A stretch of 64,000 bases of DNA from an uncultured Actinomycetota bacterium (GTDB taxonomy: Bacteria > Actinomycetota > Actinomycetes > JAHEKZ01). The position numbers and the translations under genes were made by a program. Positions 43,492 to 52,978 of the stretch are shown here, in pieces. Under the pieces are notes generated by a model. It did not search any database. It was given only the letters and a program-made list of their open reading frames with translations, and was not told where the DNA came from. Numbering within the stretch: the stretch's first letter is position 1; every line of letters begins with the position of its first letter. The stretch lies in the NCBI GenBank assembly GCA_963718235.1, contig CAVQYR010000001.1, positions 704,001 to 768,000 of the forward strand. Reading direction: 5' to 3'.

Positions 43492-44601
43492 ATGGCCGAG
43501 ATCGAGATCGGGCGGGGTAAGCGCGGGCGCGAGGCGTACCGGTTCGACGACATCGCGATCGTCCCGCACCGGCGCACGCGCGACCCCGAAGAGGTCTCGC
43601 TGGCCTGGCAGATCGACGCCTACCGGTTCGAGCTGCCCCTCATGGCCGCACCGATGGACAGCGTGGTCTCACCACAGACGGCGATCACGATCGGCCGGTG
43701 CGGCGGTGTCGGCGTCCTGAACCTCGAAGGCCTGTGGACCCGCTATGACGACCCGGCCCCACTCCTCGACGAGATCGCTGGACTGCCGGCGGGTGAGTAC
43801 ACCGCCAGGATGCAGGAGGTCTACAGCGCACCGATCCGCGAGGACCTCATCGTCGAGCGGATTGCAGAGGTGAGACGGTCCGGGGTCACCACCGCTGCGG
43901 CCCTGTCCCCCCAGCGCACCAAGCAGTTCTGGAAGACCGTCGTCGACGCCGGGGTCGACCTGTTCGTCATCCGCGGCACGACGGTGTCGGCAGAGCACGT
44001 CTCCGGCCAGGCCGAACCGCTCAACCTCAAGCAGTTCATCTACGAGCTCGACGTCCCGGTGGTGGTCGGCGGCGTGGCGACGTACACCGGCGCCCTTCAC
44101 CTCATGCGCACCGGTGCCGCGGGCGTGCTCGTCGGCTTCGGCGGCGGCGCGGCCCACACCACTGCTGACGTCCTTGGCGTGGCGGTACCGATGGCGAGCG
44201 CAGTGGCCGACGTGGCTGCGGCTCGCCGCGACTACCTCGACGAGTCTGGGGGGCGCTACGTGCACGTCATCGCCGACGGCGGGGTCGGGCGCAGCGGCGA
44301 CCTCGCCAAGGCGATCGCCTGCGGAGCCGACGCCGTCATGATGGGCTCGCCGCTGGCCCGTGCCTCAGACGCACCGGGCGGGGGCTACCACTGGGGGGTG
44401 GAGGCCCACCACGGCGAGGTCCCCCGGGGTGAACGGGTGCATGTCGGCACGGTCGGCACCCTCGAGCAGGTCCTGCTCGGGCCGTCGAGCGCACCAGACG
44501 GCTCGATGAACCTCTTCGGTGCGTTGCGCCGCGCCATGGCGACCACCGGCTACTCCGACCTGAAGAACTTCCAGCGGGTCGAGATCACGGTCTCCGCCTG
44601 A
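43492..44601 (+). CDS. guaB3: GuaB3-family IMPDH-related protein
   Basis: EIEIGRGKRGR, LNLEGLWTRY; lacks the catalytic GSICT loop. Confidence 0.92.
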   Translation: MAEIEIGRGKRGREAYRFDDIAIVPHRRTRDPEEVSLAWQIDAYRFELPLMAAPMDSVVSPQTAITIGRCGGVGVLNLEGLWTRYDDPAPLLDEIAGLPAGEYTARMQEVYSAPIREDLIVERIAEVRRSGVTTAAALSPQRTKQFWKTVVDAGVDLFVIRGTTVSAEHVSGQAEPLNLKQFIYELDVPVVVGGVATYTGALHLMRTGAAGVLVGFGGGAAHTTADVLGVAVPMASAVADVAAARRDYLDESGGRYVHVIADGGVGRSGDLAKAIACGADAVMMGSPLARASDAPGGGYHWGVEAHHGEVPRGERVHVGTVGTLEQVLLGPSSAPDGSMNLFGALRRAMATTGYSDLKNFQRVEITVSA

Positions 44602-44621
44602 GCACCGGACGCCTCGACCCC

Positions 44622-46226
44622 GTGCAGCGCACCCGCGCGCTGCACGAGCTGACGCACGGACGCGTCGACGTGCTGGTCGTCGGGGGAGGTGTCGTCGGGG
44701 CCGGTGCCGCCCTCGACGCGGCCAGCCGAGGTCTCACCGTGGGCCTGCTCGAGCAGGACGACTGGGCGAGCGGTACGTCGTCTCGGTCCTCCCGACTCGC
44801 CCACGGCGGCCTGCGCTACCTCGAGCAGCGGGAGTTCGGTCTCGTGCACGAGGCGTTGACCGAGCGGGGGCTCCTGCTGGAGCACCTCGCCCCCCATCTC
44901 GTCCGCCCGGTGCGCTTCGTCTTCCCCCTGGCCACCGGCTGGGAGCGGCCCTACGTCGGCGCGGGCGTCGCGCTGTACGACGTGCTGGCGCGGTTCGGGG
45001 CCCGCTCGGGCACGTTGCCCGGCCACCGGCACCTGAGCCGACGGGCGGCGCTGCGCCTGTTCCCTGCGCTGAACCCCGAGTCGCTCGCCGGTGCGATCAC
45101 CTTCTTCGACGCCCAGATCGACGACGCACGGCACACGCTGGCGACCGTGCGGACCGCGGTGCGTCACGGCACCCACGCCGTGTCGCGGATGCAGGTCACC
45201 GACCTGATCCGACAAGGGGATGGCGTCGTCGGTGTCCGGGCGCTCGACCGCGTCGCCGGCACGGCCGTGGAGATCAGGGCCCGTGCGGTCGTCTTCGCCA
45301 CGGGGGTGTGGGGTCCGGTCGGCCTGGCGGCGCCGACGACCGTGGCGCCGAGCAAGGGGGTCCACCTCGTGGTGCCGAAGTCGGCCGTCGTCGCGCACAC
45401 GGCACTCATCGCCCGCACCGGTTCGAGTGTGCTGTTCTGCCTGCCCTGGGAGCAGCACTGGCTGATCGGGACGACCGACACCCCGTGGACGGGTCGGCTC
45501 GGCGTCAACGAGGACGACGTGCGCGCCAGCGACGACGACATCGACTACCTGCTCGACGAGGCGAACCGGTGGCTGCGCCGTCCACTGACCCGGTCCGACG
45601 TCGTCGGCGTCTACGCGGGGCTCCGACCCCTCGTCTCCGACGAGCCCGCGAGCGACACGACCCGGGTCTCCCGCGAGCACCAGGTGAGTCGGCTGGCCCC
45701 CGGCCTGGTGTCCGTGGCCGGCGGCAAGTACACGACCTACCGGGTCATGGCGGCCGATGTGATCGACGCCGCCGTCGCCGAGCTGCCGCAGGACCGCCGG
45801 CCCGGGCCGTCGCGGACTGCGGCGCTGCCGCTGGTAGGGGCCGACGACTTCGCCGCACTCTGGCAGGACCGCCACCGGCTGGCCCTCGAGCACGGCCAGC
45901 CGGTGGCCGTCGTGGAGCACCTGCTGCGGCGGCACGGCGACCAGGTGGTCGACGTGCTCGACCTGGCCGACGCGACCGCCGGGCTCGGCCGCCCCGTCGC
46001 GCCGGGTGTGGGGTACCTCGAGGCGGAGGTCGTGCACGCGGCCGCCGAGGAGGGCGCGATGGAGGTCGCAGACGTGGTGAGTCGGCGCACCCGGATGAGT
46101 ACCGAGGTTGCGGATGCCGCGCGCCCATTGGCCCGCACCGTGGCCGGCTTGATGGCGCCGGTCCTGGGGTGGTCCGCGGACGACGTCGATGCGGCGACGG
46201 CCGAGTATGTCGGCCGTGAGCACTGA
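44622..46226 (+). CDS. glpD: FAD-dependent glycerol-3-phosphate dehydrogenase/oxidase (start possibly CTG 44598)
   Basis: GGGVVG, GTSSRSSRLAHGGLRYL, GGKYTTYR. Confidence 0.92.
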   Translation: MQRTRALHELTHGRVDVLVVGGGVVGAGAALDAASRGLTVGLLEQDDWASGTSSRSSRLAHGGLRYLEQREFGLVHEALTERGLLLEHLAPHLVRPVRFVFPLATGWERPYVGAGVALYDVLARFGARSGTLPGHRHLSRRAALRLFPALNPESLAGAITFFDAQIDDARHTLATVRTAVRHGTHAVSRMQVTDLIRQGDGVVGVRALDRVAGTAVEIRARAVVFATGVWGPVGLAAPTTVAPSKGVHLVVPKSAVVAHTALIARTGSSVLFCLPWEQHWLIGTTDTPWTGRLGVNEDDVRASDDDIDYLLDEANRWLRRPLTRSDVVGVYAGLRPLVSDEPASDTTRVSREHQVSRLAPGLVSVAGGKYTTYRVMAADVIDAAVAELPQDRRPGPSRTAALPLVGADDFAALWQDRHRLALEHGQPVAVVEHLLRRHGDQVVDVLDLADATAGLGRPVAPGVGYLEAEVVHAAAEEGAMEVADVVSRRTRMSTEVADAARPLARTVAGLMAPVLGWSADDVDAATAEYVGREH

Positions 46227-46240
46227 CCTACGCTGCTGGC

Positions 46241-47797
46241 ATGAGCCTTCCCGAGTCGCTGCAGCCTGAGCGGCTCGGTCGACTCACCCGGTTCGTCGTG
46301 CACGGTCCACATGCCGCGGTGACCACCCCTGTGGCCGCCTTCACCGGTCTGCCGACCGTGCCGGTGCCGTTGTCGAGCGACGACGCACTGGACGTCGCCT
46401 TCGCCACGGCTCGGAGGGCTCAGCGGGCGTGGGTGCGCCGGCCGCTCGCGGAACGGGTCGCAGTCGTCCGACGCGCCCAGCGGTTGGTGCTGCAGCGCCG
46501 TGAGCGGCTGATCGACCTGGTCCAGTACGAGGCGGGCAAGGCGCGCCTGCACGCCTTCGAAGAGACCATCGACGTGGCCATCAATGCCGGCTACTACTCG
46601 CGCCGGGCGGCGTCCTTCCTCGGCCCCTACGGGCTGCGTGGGTTCGTCCCCGTACTGACGACCGCCACGGCGTACCACCAGCCCAAGGGAGTGGTGGCGA
46701 TGATCACTCCCTGGAACTACCCGCTGACCCTGGCTCTCTCGGACTCGATCCCCGCGCTGCTCGCCGGCAACGCGGTCGTGGTCAAGCCCGACCTGCAGAC
46801 CCCGTTCTGCGCCCTGGCCGGTGCCGAGCTCCTCGCCGATGCCGGGCTCCCCGAGGGTCTCTACCAGGTCGTGCTCGGTCCTGGCCCGCACGTCGGACAG
46901 GCGCTGGTCGAGCGAGCCGACTTCGTGGCCTTCACCGGTTCGACCGACGTCGGCCGCACGGTGGCCGAGCACGCCGGGCGACGTCTGATCGGCTGCAGCC
47001 TGGAGCTTGGCGGCAAGAACGCCGCCCTCGTGCTGCCCGACGCTCCGGTCTCCAGGAGTGTCGAGGGCGTCGTCCGCAGCATCTACTCCAGCGCCGGCCA
47101 GCTGTGTGTCTCGATGGAGCGGGTCTACGTCGACGACGCGATCTACGACCGCTTCGTCCCTGCCCTGGTGCGGGCCGTCGAGGCACTGAGGCTGGGGTCG
47201 GACTTCGACTACACCGCGGACATGGGATCGCTCGTCGGAGCCGCGCAGCTGCGCCAGGTCCAGCAGCACGTCGACGACGCCGTCGCCAAGGGGGCGACAG
47301 TGCTTGCCGGCGGGCGTCCGCGGCCCGACCTGGGTCCGCACTTCTTCGAGCCCACCCTGCTCACCGACGTGACCGAGGCCATGGAGGTGTGCGCCAGCGA
47401 GACCTTCGGGCCGGTCGCCACCCTGTACCGCGTGGGCGGCACGCAGGAGGCCATCGACGCAGCCAACATGACGACGTACGGGCTGAGTGCGAACATCTGG
47501 ACCGGTGACCGGCAGGAGGGTCGTCGCGTCGCGAACGCACTTCGGGCCGGGTCGGTCAGCGTGAACGAGACCTACGCCGCCTTCTGGGGCAGCATCGACG
47601 GCCCGATGGGTGGCATGGACGACAGCGGTCTCGGGCGACGGCACGGCCGCGAGGGGATGGTCAAGTACACCGATCCGCAGACGGTCGCCGTCCAGCGGTG
47701 GCGTGGTTTTGCGGTTCCGCGCGGGGTGTCCCAGCGGCGCTTCGCCGACGGCATGACCCTCGGCATCCGGCTGCTGGACCGACTGGGTCGACCGTGA
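46241..47797 (+). CDS. Aldehyde dehydrogenase (succinate-semialdehyde dehydrogenase-like)
   Basis: PWNYP, FTGST, LELGGKN, GQLC, ETFGP. Confidence 0.9.
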   Translation: MSLPESLQPERLGRLTRFVVHGPHAAVTTPVAAFTGLPTVPVPLSSDDALDVAFATARRAQRAWVRRPLAERVAVVRRAQRLVLQRRERLIDLVQYEAGKARLHAFEETIDVAINAGYYSRRAASFLGPYGLRGFVPVLTTATAYHQPKGVVAMITPWNYPLTLALSDSIPALLAGNAVVVKPDLQTPFCALAGAELLADAGLPEGLYQVVLGPGPHVGQALVERADFVAFTGSTDVGRTVAEHAGRRLIGCSLELGGKNAALVLPDAPVSRSVEGVVRSIYSSAGQLCVSMERVYVDDAIYDRFVPALVRAVEALRLGSDFDYTADMGSLVGAAQLRQVQQHVDDAVAKGATVLAGGRPRPDLGPHFFEPTLLTDVTEAMEVCASETFGPVATLYRVGGTQEAIDAANMTTYGLSANIWTGDRQEGRRVANALRAGSVSVNETYAAFWGSIDGPMGGMDDSGLGRRHGREGMVKYTDPQTVAVQRWRGFAVPRGVSQRRFADGMTLGIRLLDRLGRP

Positions 47798-49470
47798 GCG
47801 GAGCGCTCTACGACGTCGTCGTCATCGGGTCGGGGTTCGGTGGTTCGGTCGCTGCCCTCCGGCTGGCCGAGAAGGGCTATCGGGTCGCGGTCGTCGAGGC
47901 TGGCCGTCGGTTCGGCGACGACGACTTCCCGAAGACGTCCTGGGACATTCGCAACTTCCTGTGGGCCCCAGCCCTGGGGTGCAAGGGGATCCAGCGCATC
48001 CACCTGCTGCGCAACGTCGTGGTTCTCGCCGGGGCGGGGGTCGGTGGTGGGTCACTGAACTATGCCAACACCCTGTACGAGCCGCTCGAGGACTTCTACC
48101 AGGACCCACAGTGGCGGCACATCACCGACTGGCGCGAGGAGCTCGCTCCCTTCTACGACCAGGCGAAGCGGATGCTTGGCGCCACGGTGAACCCGACCAT
48201 GACCCCGTCGGACGAGGTGATGGCTGAGGTCGCCGAGCAGATGGGGGTCGCCGACACGTTCCATCGAACCCCAGTGGCCGTGTACTTCGGCCGTCCCAGG
48301 GTCACGGTCGACGACCCGTTCTTCGGGGGCAGCGGGCCTCGGCGCACCGGGTGCGAGGAGTGCGGTTCGTGCATGACCGGCTGCAGGCACGGCGCCAAGA
48401 ACACCCTGGACACCAACTACCTGCACCTTGCCGAGCGGTTGGGAGCGCGCATCTTCGCCGAGACGACGGCCACGTCGGTGCGAACCCTGCCCGAAGGTGG
48501 CTACGCCGTAGACACGAGACGTTCCGGAGGGCTCGGCCGGGTCGGGCGCCGGACCTTCACCGCCGACCAGGTGGTCGTGGCCGCTGGCACCTACAACACG
48601 CTGCGACTCCTCCTGACCATGAAAGCCAACGGATCACTGCCACTGCTCTCCGAGCACCTCGGTGTGCTCAGCCGCACCAACTCCGAGGCGCTGGTCGGCG
48701 CGGTCTCCCAGCGCGACGACGTCGACTTCACCCGTGGGGTGGCGATCACCTCATCGTTCCACCCCGACCCCCGGACGCACGTCGAGCCGGTCCGCTACGG
48801 CCGTGGCAGCAACGCGATGGCACTCCTGTCGTCGTTCCGGCCGGACGGGGACGAACCCACGCTGCGCGACTGGGTGCGCGAGGCGCTGCGCGCACCCGGT
48901 CGACTGGGCCGGGCCCTCGACATCCGGGGCTGGTCCGAGCGGTCGATCATCGTGCTGGCCATGCAGAGCGCGGACAACTCCTTGACCGTGTCGATGCGCC
49001 GGGGGCCCTTCGGCCGGTGGATGACCTCACGGCAGGGCCACGGTGACCCCAACCCGACCTCGTTGCCGCAGGCCGACGAGGTCGCGTCACGAGCCGCGGC
49101 CCTGATCGGGGGAGAGGCGCACGTGGCGTTCGGCTCGCTCGTCGGTGCACCGATGACCGCGCACTTCATCGGTGGGTGCGTCATGGGCGAGACCGGCGAT
49201 GACGGCGTTGTCGACCCGTGGCTCCGGGTCCATGGCTACCCGGGGCTGCACGTCGTCGACGGTGCAGCGGTGTCGGCCAACCTCGGGGTCAACCCCGCCC
49301 TCACGATCACCGCTCAGGCGGAGCGGGCGATGGCGCTGTGGCCCAACAAGGGCGAGCCGGACCCTCGACCTTCTCCGGGCAGCGCATACCGCCGGGTCGA
49401 GCCGGTGCGACCGGTGCGCCCGGCCGTTCCGGAGTTCGCGCCCGGGGCGCTGCGGCTGCCCGCAGGCTGA
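47794..49470 (+). CDS. choD: GMC oxidoreductase, cholesterol oxidase ChoD-like
   Basis: GSGFGG, GVGGGSLNY, CxxCxxC, NPALTI. Confidence 0.82.
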   Translation: MSGALYDVVVIGSGFGGSVAALRLAEKGYRVAVVEAGRRFGDDDFPKTSWDIRNFLWAPALGCKGIQRIHLLRNVVVLAGAGVGGGSLNYANTLYEPLEDFYQDPQWRHITDWREELAPFYDQAKRMLGATVNPTMTPSDEVMAEVAEQMGVADTFHRTPVAVYFGRPRVTVDDPFFGGSGPRRTGCEECGSCMTGCRHGAKNTLDTNYLHLAERLGARIFAETTATSVRTLPEGGYAVDTRRSGGLGRVGRRTFTADQVVVAAGTYNTLRLLLTMKANGSLPLLSEHLGVLSRTNSEALVGAVSQRDDVDFTRGVAITSSFHPDPRTHVEPVRYGRGSNAMALLSSFRPDGDEPTLRDWVREALRAPGRLGRALDIRGWSERSIIVLAMQSADNSLTVSMRRGPFGRWMTSRQGHGDPNPTSLPQADEVASRAAALIGGEAHVAFGSLVGAPMTAHFIGGCVMGETGDDGVVDPWLRVHGYPGLHVVDGAAVSANLGVNPALTITAQAERAMALWPNKGEPDPRPSPGSAYRRVEPVRPVRPAVPEFAPGALRLPAG

Positions 49471-49518
49471 CGCCCTTGTTGGCTGAGGGCGAGCCGGACC
49501 CCGCGACCTCGATCGGCC

Positions 49519-50640
49519 TCAGGGGCTTGGCGTCGTCGACTCGACGGAGAGCACTCGGTAGCGCCCGGCAGCGTCACTGACATCGGACACCCACAGGGTG
49601 CTGCCGTCCAACGTGACGCCCACGAACTCGAAGGGGTCGTCGGTGGTCAGCACCGCTCCGACGGTGCGCGAGTCCAGGTCGAGCCGGGTCAGCGGAGCTC
49701 CGCCCGAGGTTCCGACCCACGCAGCATCACCCGAGGTCGTGAGGTCGCCGAAGTAGTCTGGTCTCACGTCGTACGACGCGGTCACGTCAAGGCCGTCGGG
49801 GTCGACCTCGGCGACGCCTTGGTCGCCTCCGATCAGCAGATGTCGATCGACGGCGACGTAGCGCCCGCCCGGCCACGGCACGGTTCCGGTCACGTCGCGG
49901 GAGACCGGGTCAACCCGAACCAGACCGAGATCGTGGCAGGCCACCCACACGGCGTTCAGGCCAGCGGCGACGTTGTCACACGATGTCGCCGGCAGCGCGA
50001 TTGGCGCTCCGACCTCCTCACCAGATGTGGCATCCAGTGAGTGCAGCGTGGCTTGGTCCTCGCCGATCAACCACAGCCGGTCGTCCAGGTCCGGGATGCG
50101 CAGCTGGTCGGGGTGACCGGCGAACGAGACCGTGCGTGTGCGACCCTGCGGGGTCAACCGGACGTAGGTTCCCGGCCGCCGGCACGCCCAGATCGCCGTG
50201 TCGGTCGAGCCGATGCCCTCGCACCCGAGAGGTGCAGGCAGGTCGGTCGGGTACGTCCGCTCCACCTTGCCGGTCGTCGGGTCCAGCCTGACCAGATCCC
50301 CTGGCCCGGACTTGAACCAGACGGACCCGAACGCAACCTCGGCGACCCCGGGCTTGCCCGCCTTGGTCACGGTGAGGACCTGTTCGGCCAGTGTCGTGGT
50401 GCGAGTCCCGGTCGCGCTGATGGGCGTACCGGTGTCGACGGGAGTACTCACGGAGCTTCCCGGCGTCGTGGCGTCCTCGCTGCACCCCGCAACCAGGATC
50501 GCGACGCACGCCGTTGCACCCAGCAGGGATGCCCTCAACCCAAGACCACGTGTCCCCGTTCGGCTCCGCGCGGCGGACACCGATACGTCTGGCAAATCCC
50601 CGCCGGAGGTATCGACTCCCGACTTGGTCAACCGCGTCAT
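49519..50640 (-). CDS. Putative lipoprotein with beta-propeller-like repeats
   Basis: Lipobox LVAGC; repeated VW..RLDP units; TAGCCT +6 nt before ATG. Confidence 0.7.
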   Translation of the reverse strand: MTRLTKSGVDTSGGDLPDVSVSAARSRTGTRGLGLRASLLGATACVAILVAGCSEDATTPGSSVSTPVDTGTPISATGTRTTTLAEQVLTVTKAGKPGVAEVAFGSVWFKSGPGDLVRLDPTTGKVERTYPTDLPAPLGCEGIGSTDTAIWACRRPGTYVRLTPQGRTRTVSFAGHPDQLRIPDLDDRLWLIGEDQATLHSLDATSGEEVGAPIALPATSCDNVAAGLNAVWVACHDLGLVRVDPVSRDVTGTVPWPGGRYVAVDRHLLIGGDQGVAEVDPDGLDVTASYDVRPDYFGDLTTSGDAAWVGTSGGAPLTRLDLDSRTVGAVLTTDDPFEFVGVTLDGSTLWVSDVSDAAGRYRVLSVESTTPSP

Positions 50641-50732
50641 CCCGCGAGGCTAGCGGTCCTTGCGAGCCGGGACTCCCGACGGACGGACGTCACCATCGCC
50701 GGTACGATGGCGCCACCACGGAGGGAGTCGAC

Positions 50733-51626
50733 ATGAGAGTCGGCGTGCACCTGGTGAACTTCGGTCTGGCTGCCGGCACCTCGGCGATCGCGCCGACAAT
50801 GGCCGAGGCCGCCCGTGCGGCGGAGGAAGCCGGTGTGGACAACCTGTCGGTGATGGACCACTACTTCCAGATGGAGGGTATGGGTCTCGGCGACGCACCG
50901 GCACCCATGCTCGAGGCGTACACCACCTTGGGTTTCCTCGCCGCCAACACCAGAACCGTCGAGCTGCAGGCGCTGGTCACTGGCGTGACCTACCGACACC
51001 CCGGACTGCTCGCGAAGGTCGTGACGACCCTGGACGTCCTGTCCGGCGGGCGCGCGATGCTCGGGATCGGCGCCGGGTGGTACGAGCGCGAGCATCTCGG
51101 GCTCGGGGTGCCGTTCCCGCCATTGTCCGAGCGGTTCGAGCGGCTCGAGGAGACGCTGCAGATCGTCCTGCAGATGTGGAGCGACGACGAGGGACCGTAC
51201 GAGGGCGCGCACTACCGCCTCGCCGAGACCCTCTGCTCACCGCCGCCTCTGACCCGTCCGCACCCGCCGATCATGATCGGCGGTTCGGGAGAGAAGAAGA
51301 CGCTGCGTCTCGTGGCCCGGTACGCGGACGCGTGCAACCTCTTCGCGGGGCCGGACACCGACCCGGATGCGGTGAGAGCCAAGCTCGACGTGCTCGCCGG
51401 TCACTGCGCGAACGAGGGCACCGACGTGGCTCGCATCCGCAAGACGATCCTGTGGGCAGCGCCGCTGGACCCGACCACGAAGGCAGCGGCCGCCGACTTC
51501 ACCGAGCAGATGAAGAGGTACGCCGACATCGGCATCGTCGAGGTCCACGTCATGCCGTTCGACAACCCGATCGAATTCATCCGCGGCCTCGGCACGCACG
51601 TCGTCCCGGCCACCGGCCGCCTCTGA
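50733..51626 (+). CDS. LLM-class F420-dependent oxidoreductase
   Basis: VMDHYFQ, LEAYTTLGFLA, YRHPGLLAK, GGSGEKKTL. Confidence 0.9.
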   Translation: MRVGVHLVNFGLAAGTSAIAPTMAEAARAAEEAGVDNLSVMDHYFQMEGMGLGDAPAPMLEAYTTLGFLAANTRTVELQALVTGVTYRHPGLLAKVVTTLDVLSGGRAMLGIGAGWYEREHLGLGVPFPPLSERFERLEETLQIVLQMWSDDEGPYEGAHYRLAETLCSPPPLTRPHPPIMIGGSGEKKTLRLVARYADACNLFAGPDTDPDAVRAKLDVLAGHCANEGTDVARIRKTILWAAPLDPTTKAAAADFTEQMKRYADIGIVEVHVMPFDNPIEFIRGLGTHVVPATGRL

Positions 51627-52393
51627 TGCGGACGACGTTCGGCAGGTCCGACGACCTGCGAGGCGCAGAGTTCATCCACGCGGACCTGAGCGGCGCCCGG
51701 TTGGTCGGGGTCGACCTGTCCGGCGTCGTGATGCGCGGAGTCACGGTGGACGGTGCGGACATCGACGCGCCGTGGCTCCTCGACGGCGACGGCTCGTTGT
51801 TGGTCAACGGCGTTGATGTGGCCCCCATCGTCGAGGCCGAGCTCAACCGGCGTTTCCCCGGACGTGCCGACCGGCGGGCCGCAGACCCCGACGGTCTACG
51901 CGAAGGCTGGGCAGCACTGGAGCGCGCTTGGGCGACCACCCTCGAGCGCGTCGAGGCGATGCCGGCCGGCACCGTCGACGTCTCGGTGGCCGGGGAATGG
52001 TCGTTCGCACAGACGCTGCGGCACCTGGTCCTTGCCACCGACGCATGGCTGGGCCGAGCGGTCCTGGAGATCGACCAGCCGTTCCACCCCCTTGGCCAGG
52101 CCGGCCCCCAGGCTGAGGACGACGGCCTGGACCTCTCGATTTTCGCGACGGGAAGGCCGTCGTACGACGAGGTGCTGCAGGTGCGAGCCGGCCGTGTTGC
52201 CATGGTGCGCGACTTCCTCGCCGCCGTCACAGCAGAAGAGCTGGCCACCATGCGGAGGAACCCGTGGGCCCCCGACTATCCGGAGACCACTCTCACCTGC
52301 CTGCACGTCATCCTCGAGGAGGAATGGGAGCACAACCGCTACGCCCTCCGCGATCTCGACGCAGTCGAGGGGGCTGTCAAGCCACCGGCATGA
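51626..52393 (+). CDS. DinB-family protein with short N-terminal pentapeptide repeats
   Basis: DLRGA/DLSGA/DLSGV repeats; WSFAQTLRHL; EEWEH. Confidence 0.8.
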   Translation: MRTTFGRSDDLRGAEFIHADLSGARLVGVDLSGVVMRGVTVDGADIDAPWLLDGDGSLLVNGVDVAPIVEAELNRRFPGRADRRAADPDGLREGWAALERAWATTLERVEAMPAGTVDVSVAGEWSFAQTLRHLVLATDAWLGRAVLEIDQPFHPLGQAGPQAEDDGLDLSIFATGRPSYDEVLQVRAGRVAMVRDFLAAVTAEELATMRRNPWAPDYPETTLTCLHVILEEEWEHNRYALRDLDAVEGAVKPPA

Positions 52394-52441
52394 GGAGAAT
52401 GGTTCGGATCGGCGCCAACGGTTCTGGGGCATAGTTCGGCC

Positions 52442-52873
52442 ATGACGGTGTTGAACGCGGCCGGGCGCAATGTGATCGACTCTGGCGCTCTGGCTCATCT
52501 GGTGACGATCAACGAGGACGGCTCGCCGCAGGTCAGCGTGGTGTGGGTCGGTCTGGACGGCGATGAGCTGGTATCGGCCCATCTGGACGGGCGGCAGCGC
52601 AAGCTGCACAACCTGCGCCGTGACCCACGGGTGGTTGTCTCCTTCGAGGGGCATGATTCGAACGCGATCGGCATGCGGAACTACCTGGTAGTCCATGGGG
52701 TGGCGAGGATCACCGAGGGCGGCGCTCCAGAGCTGCTCCATCGGCTGGCACAGACCTACGTCGGGCCGGGCACGGTCTTCCCGCCTATGCCGGATCCTCC
52801 CCCGGGGTTCATCTCGCACATCACGATCAGCCGCGTCGGTGGCAGCGGCCCATGGATCGACGGGACGGACTAG
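52442..52873 (+). CDS. PPOX-class F420-dependent oxidoreductase
   Basis: LVTINEDGSPQVSVVW, KLHNLRRDPRV. Confidence 0.88.
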   Translation: MTVLNAAGRNVIDSGALAHLVTINEDGSPQVSVVWVGLDGDELVSAHLDGRQRKLHNLRRDPRVVVSFEGHDSNAIGMRNYLVVHGVARITEGGAPELLHRLAQTYVGPGTVFPPMPDPPPGFISHITISRVGGSGPWIDGTD

Positions 52874-52978
52874 CAGCCGCCATGAGTTCACTCCCTTCCC
52901 AACGACCGGTCGTACTCCCGCTGGACGGCCGCCGTGAGGTACTACTTCGAGCGGCTGCCCCTCACGCGGTGATGCCGG

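Noticed and set aside
51626-51760. Qnr/MfpA-type quinolone resistance protein
   Set aside because: Only a few pentapeptide units fused to a DinB domain; too short for a DNA-mimic helix.
49519-52972. Mobile element or prophage
   Set aside because: No integrase, transposase, tRNA target or flanking direct repeats found.
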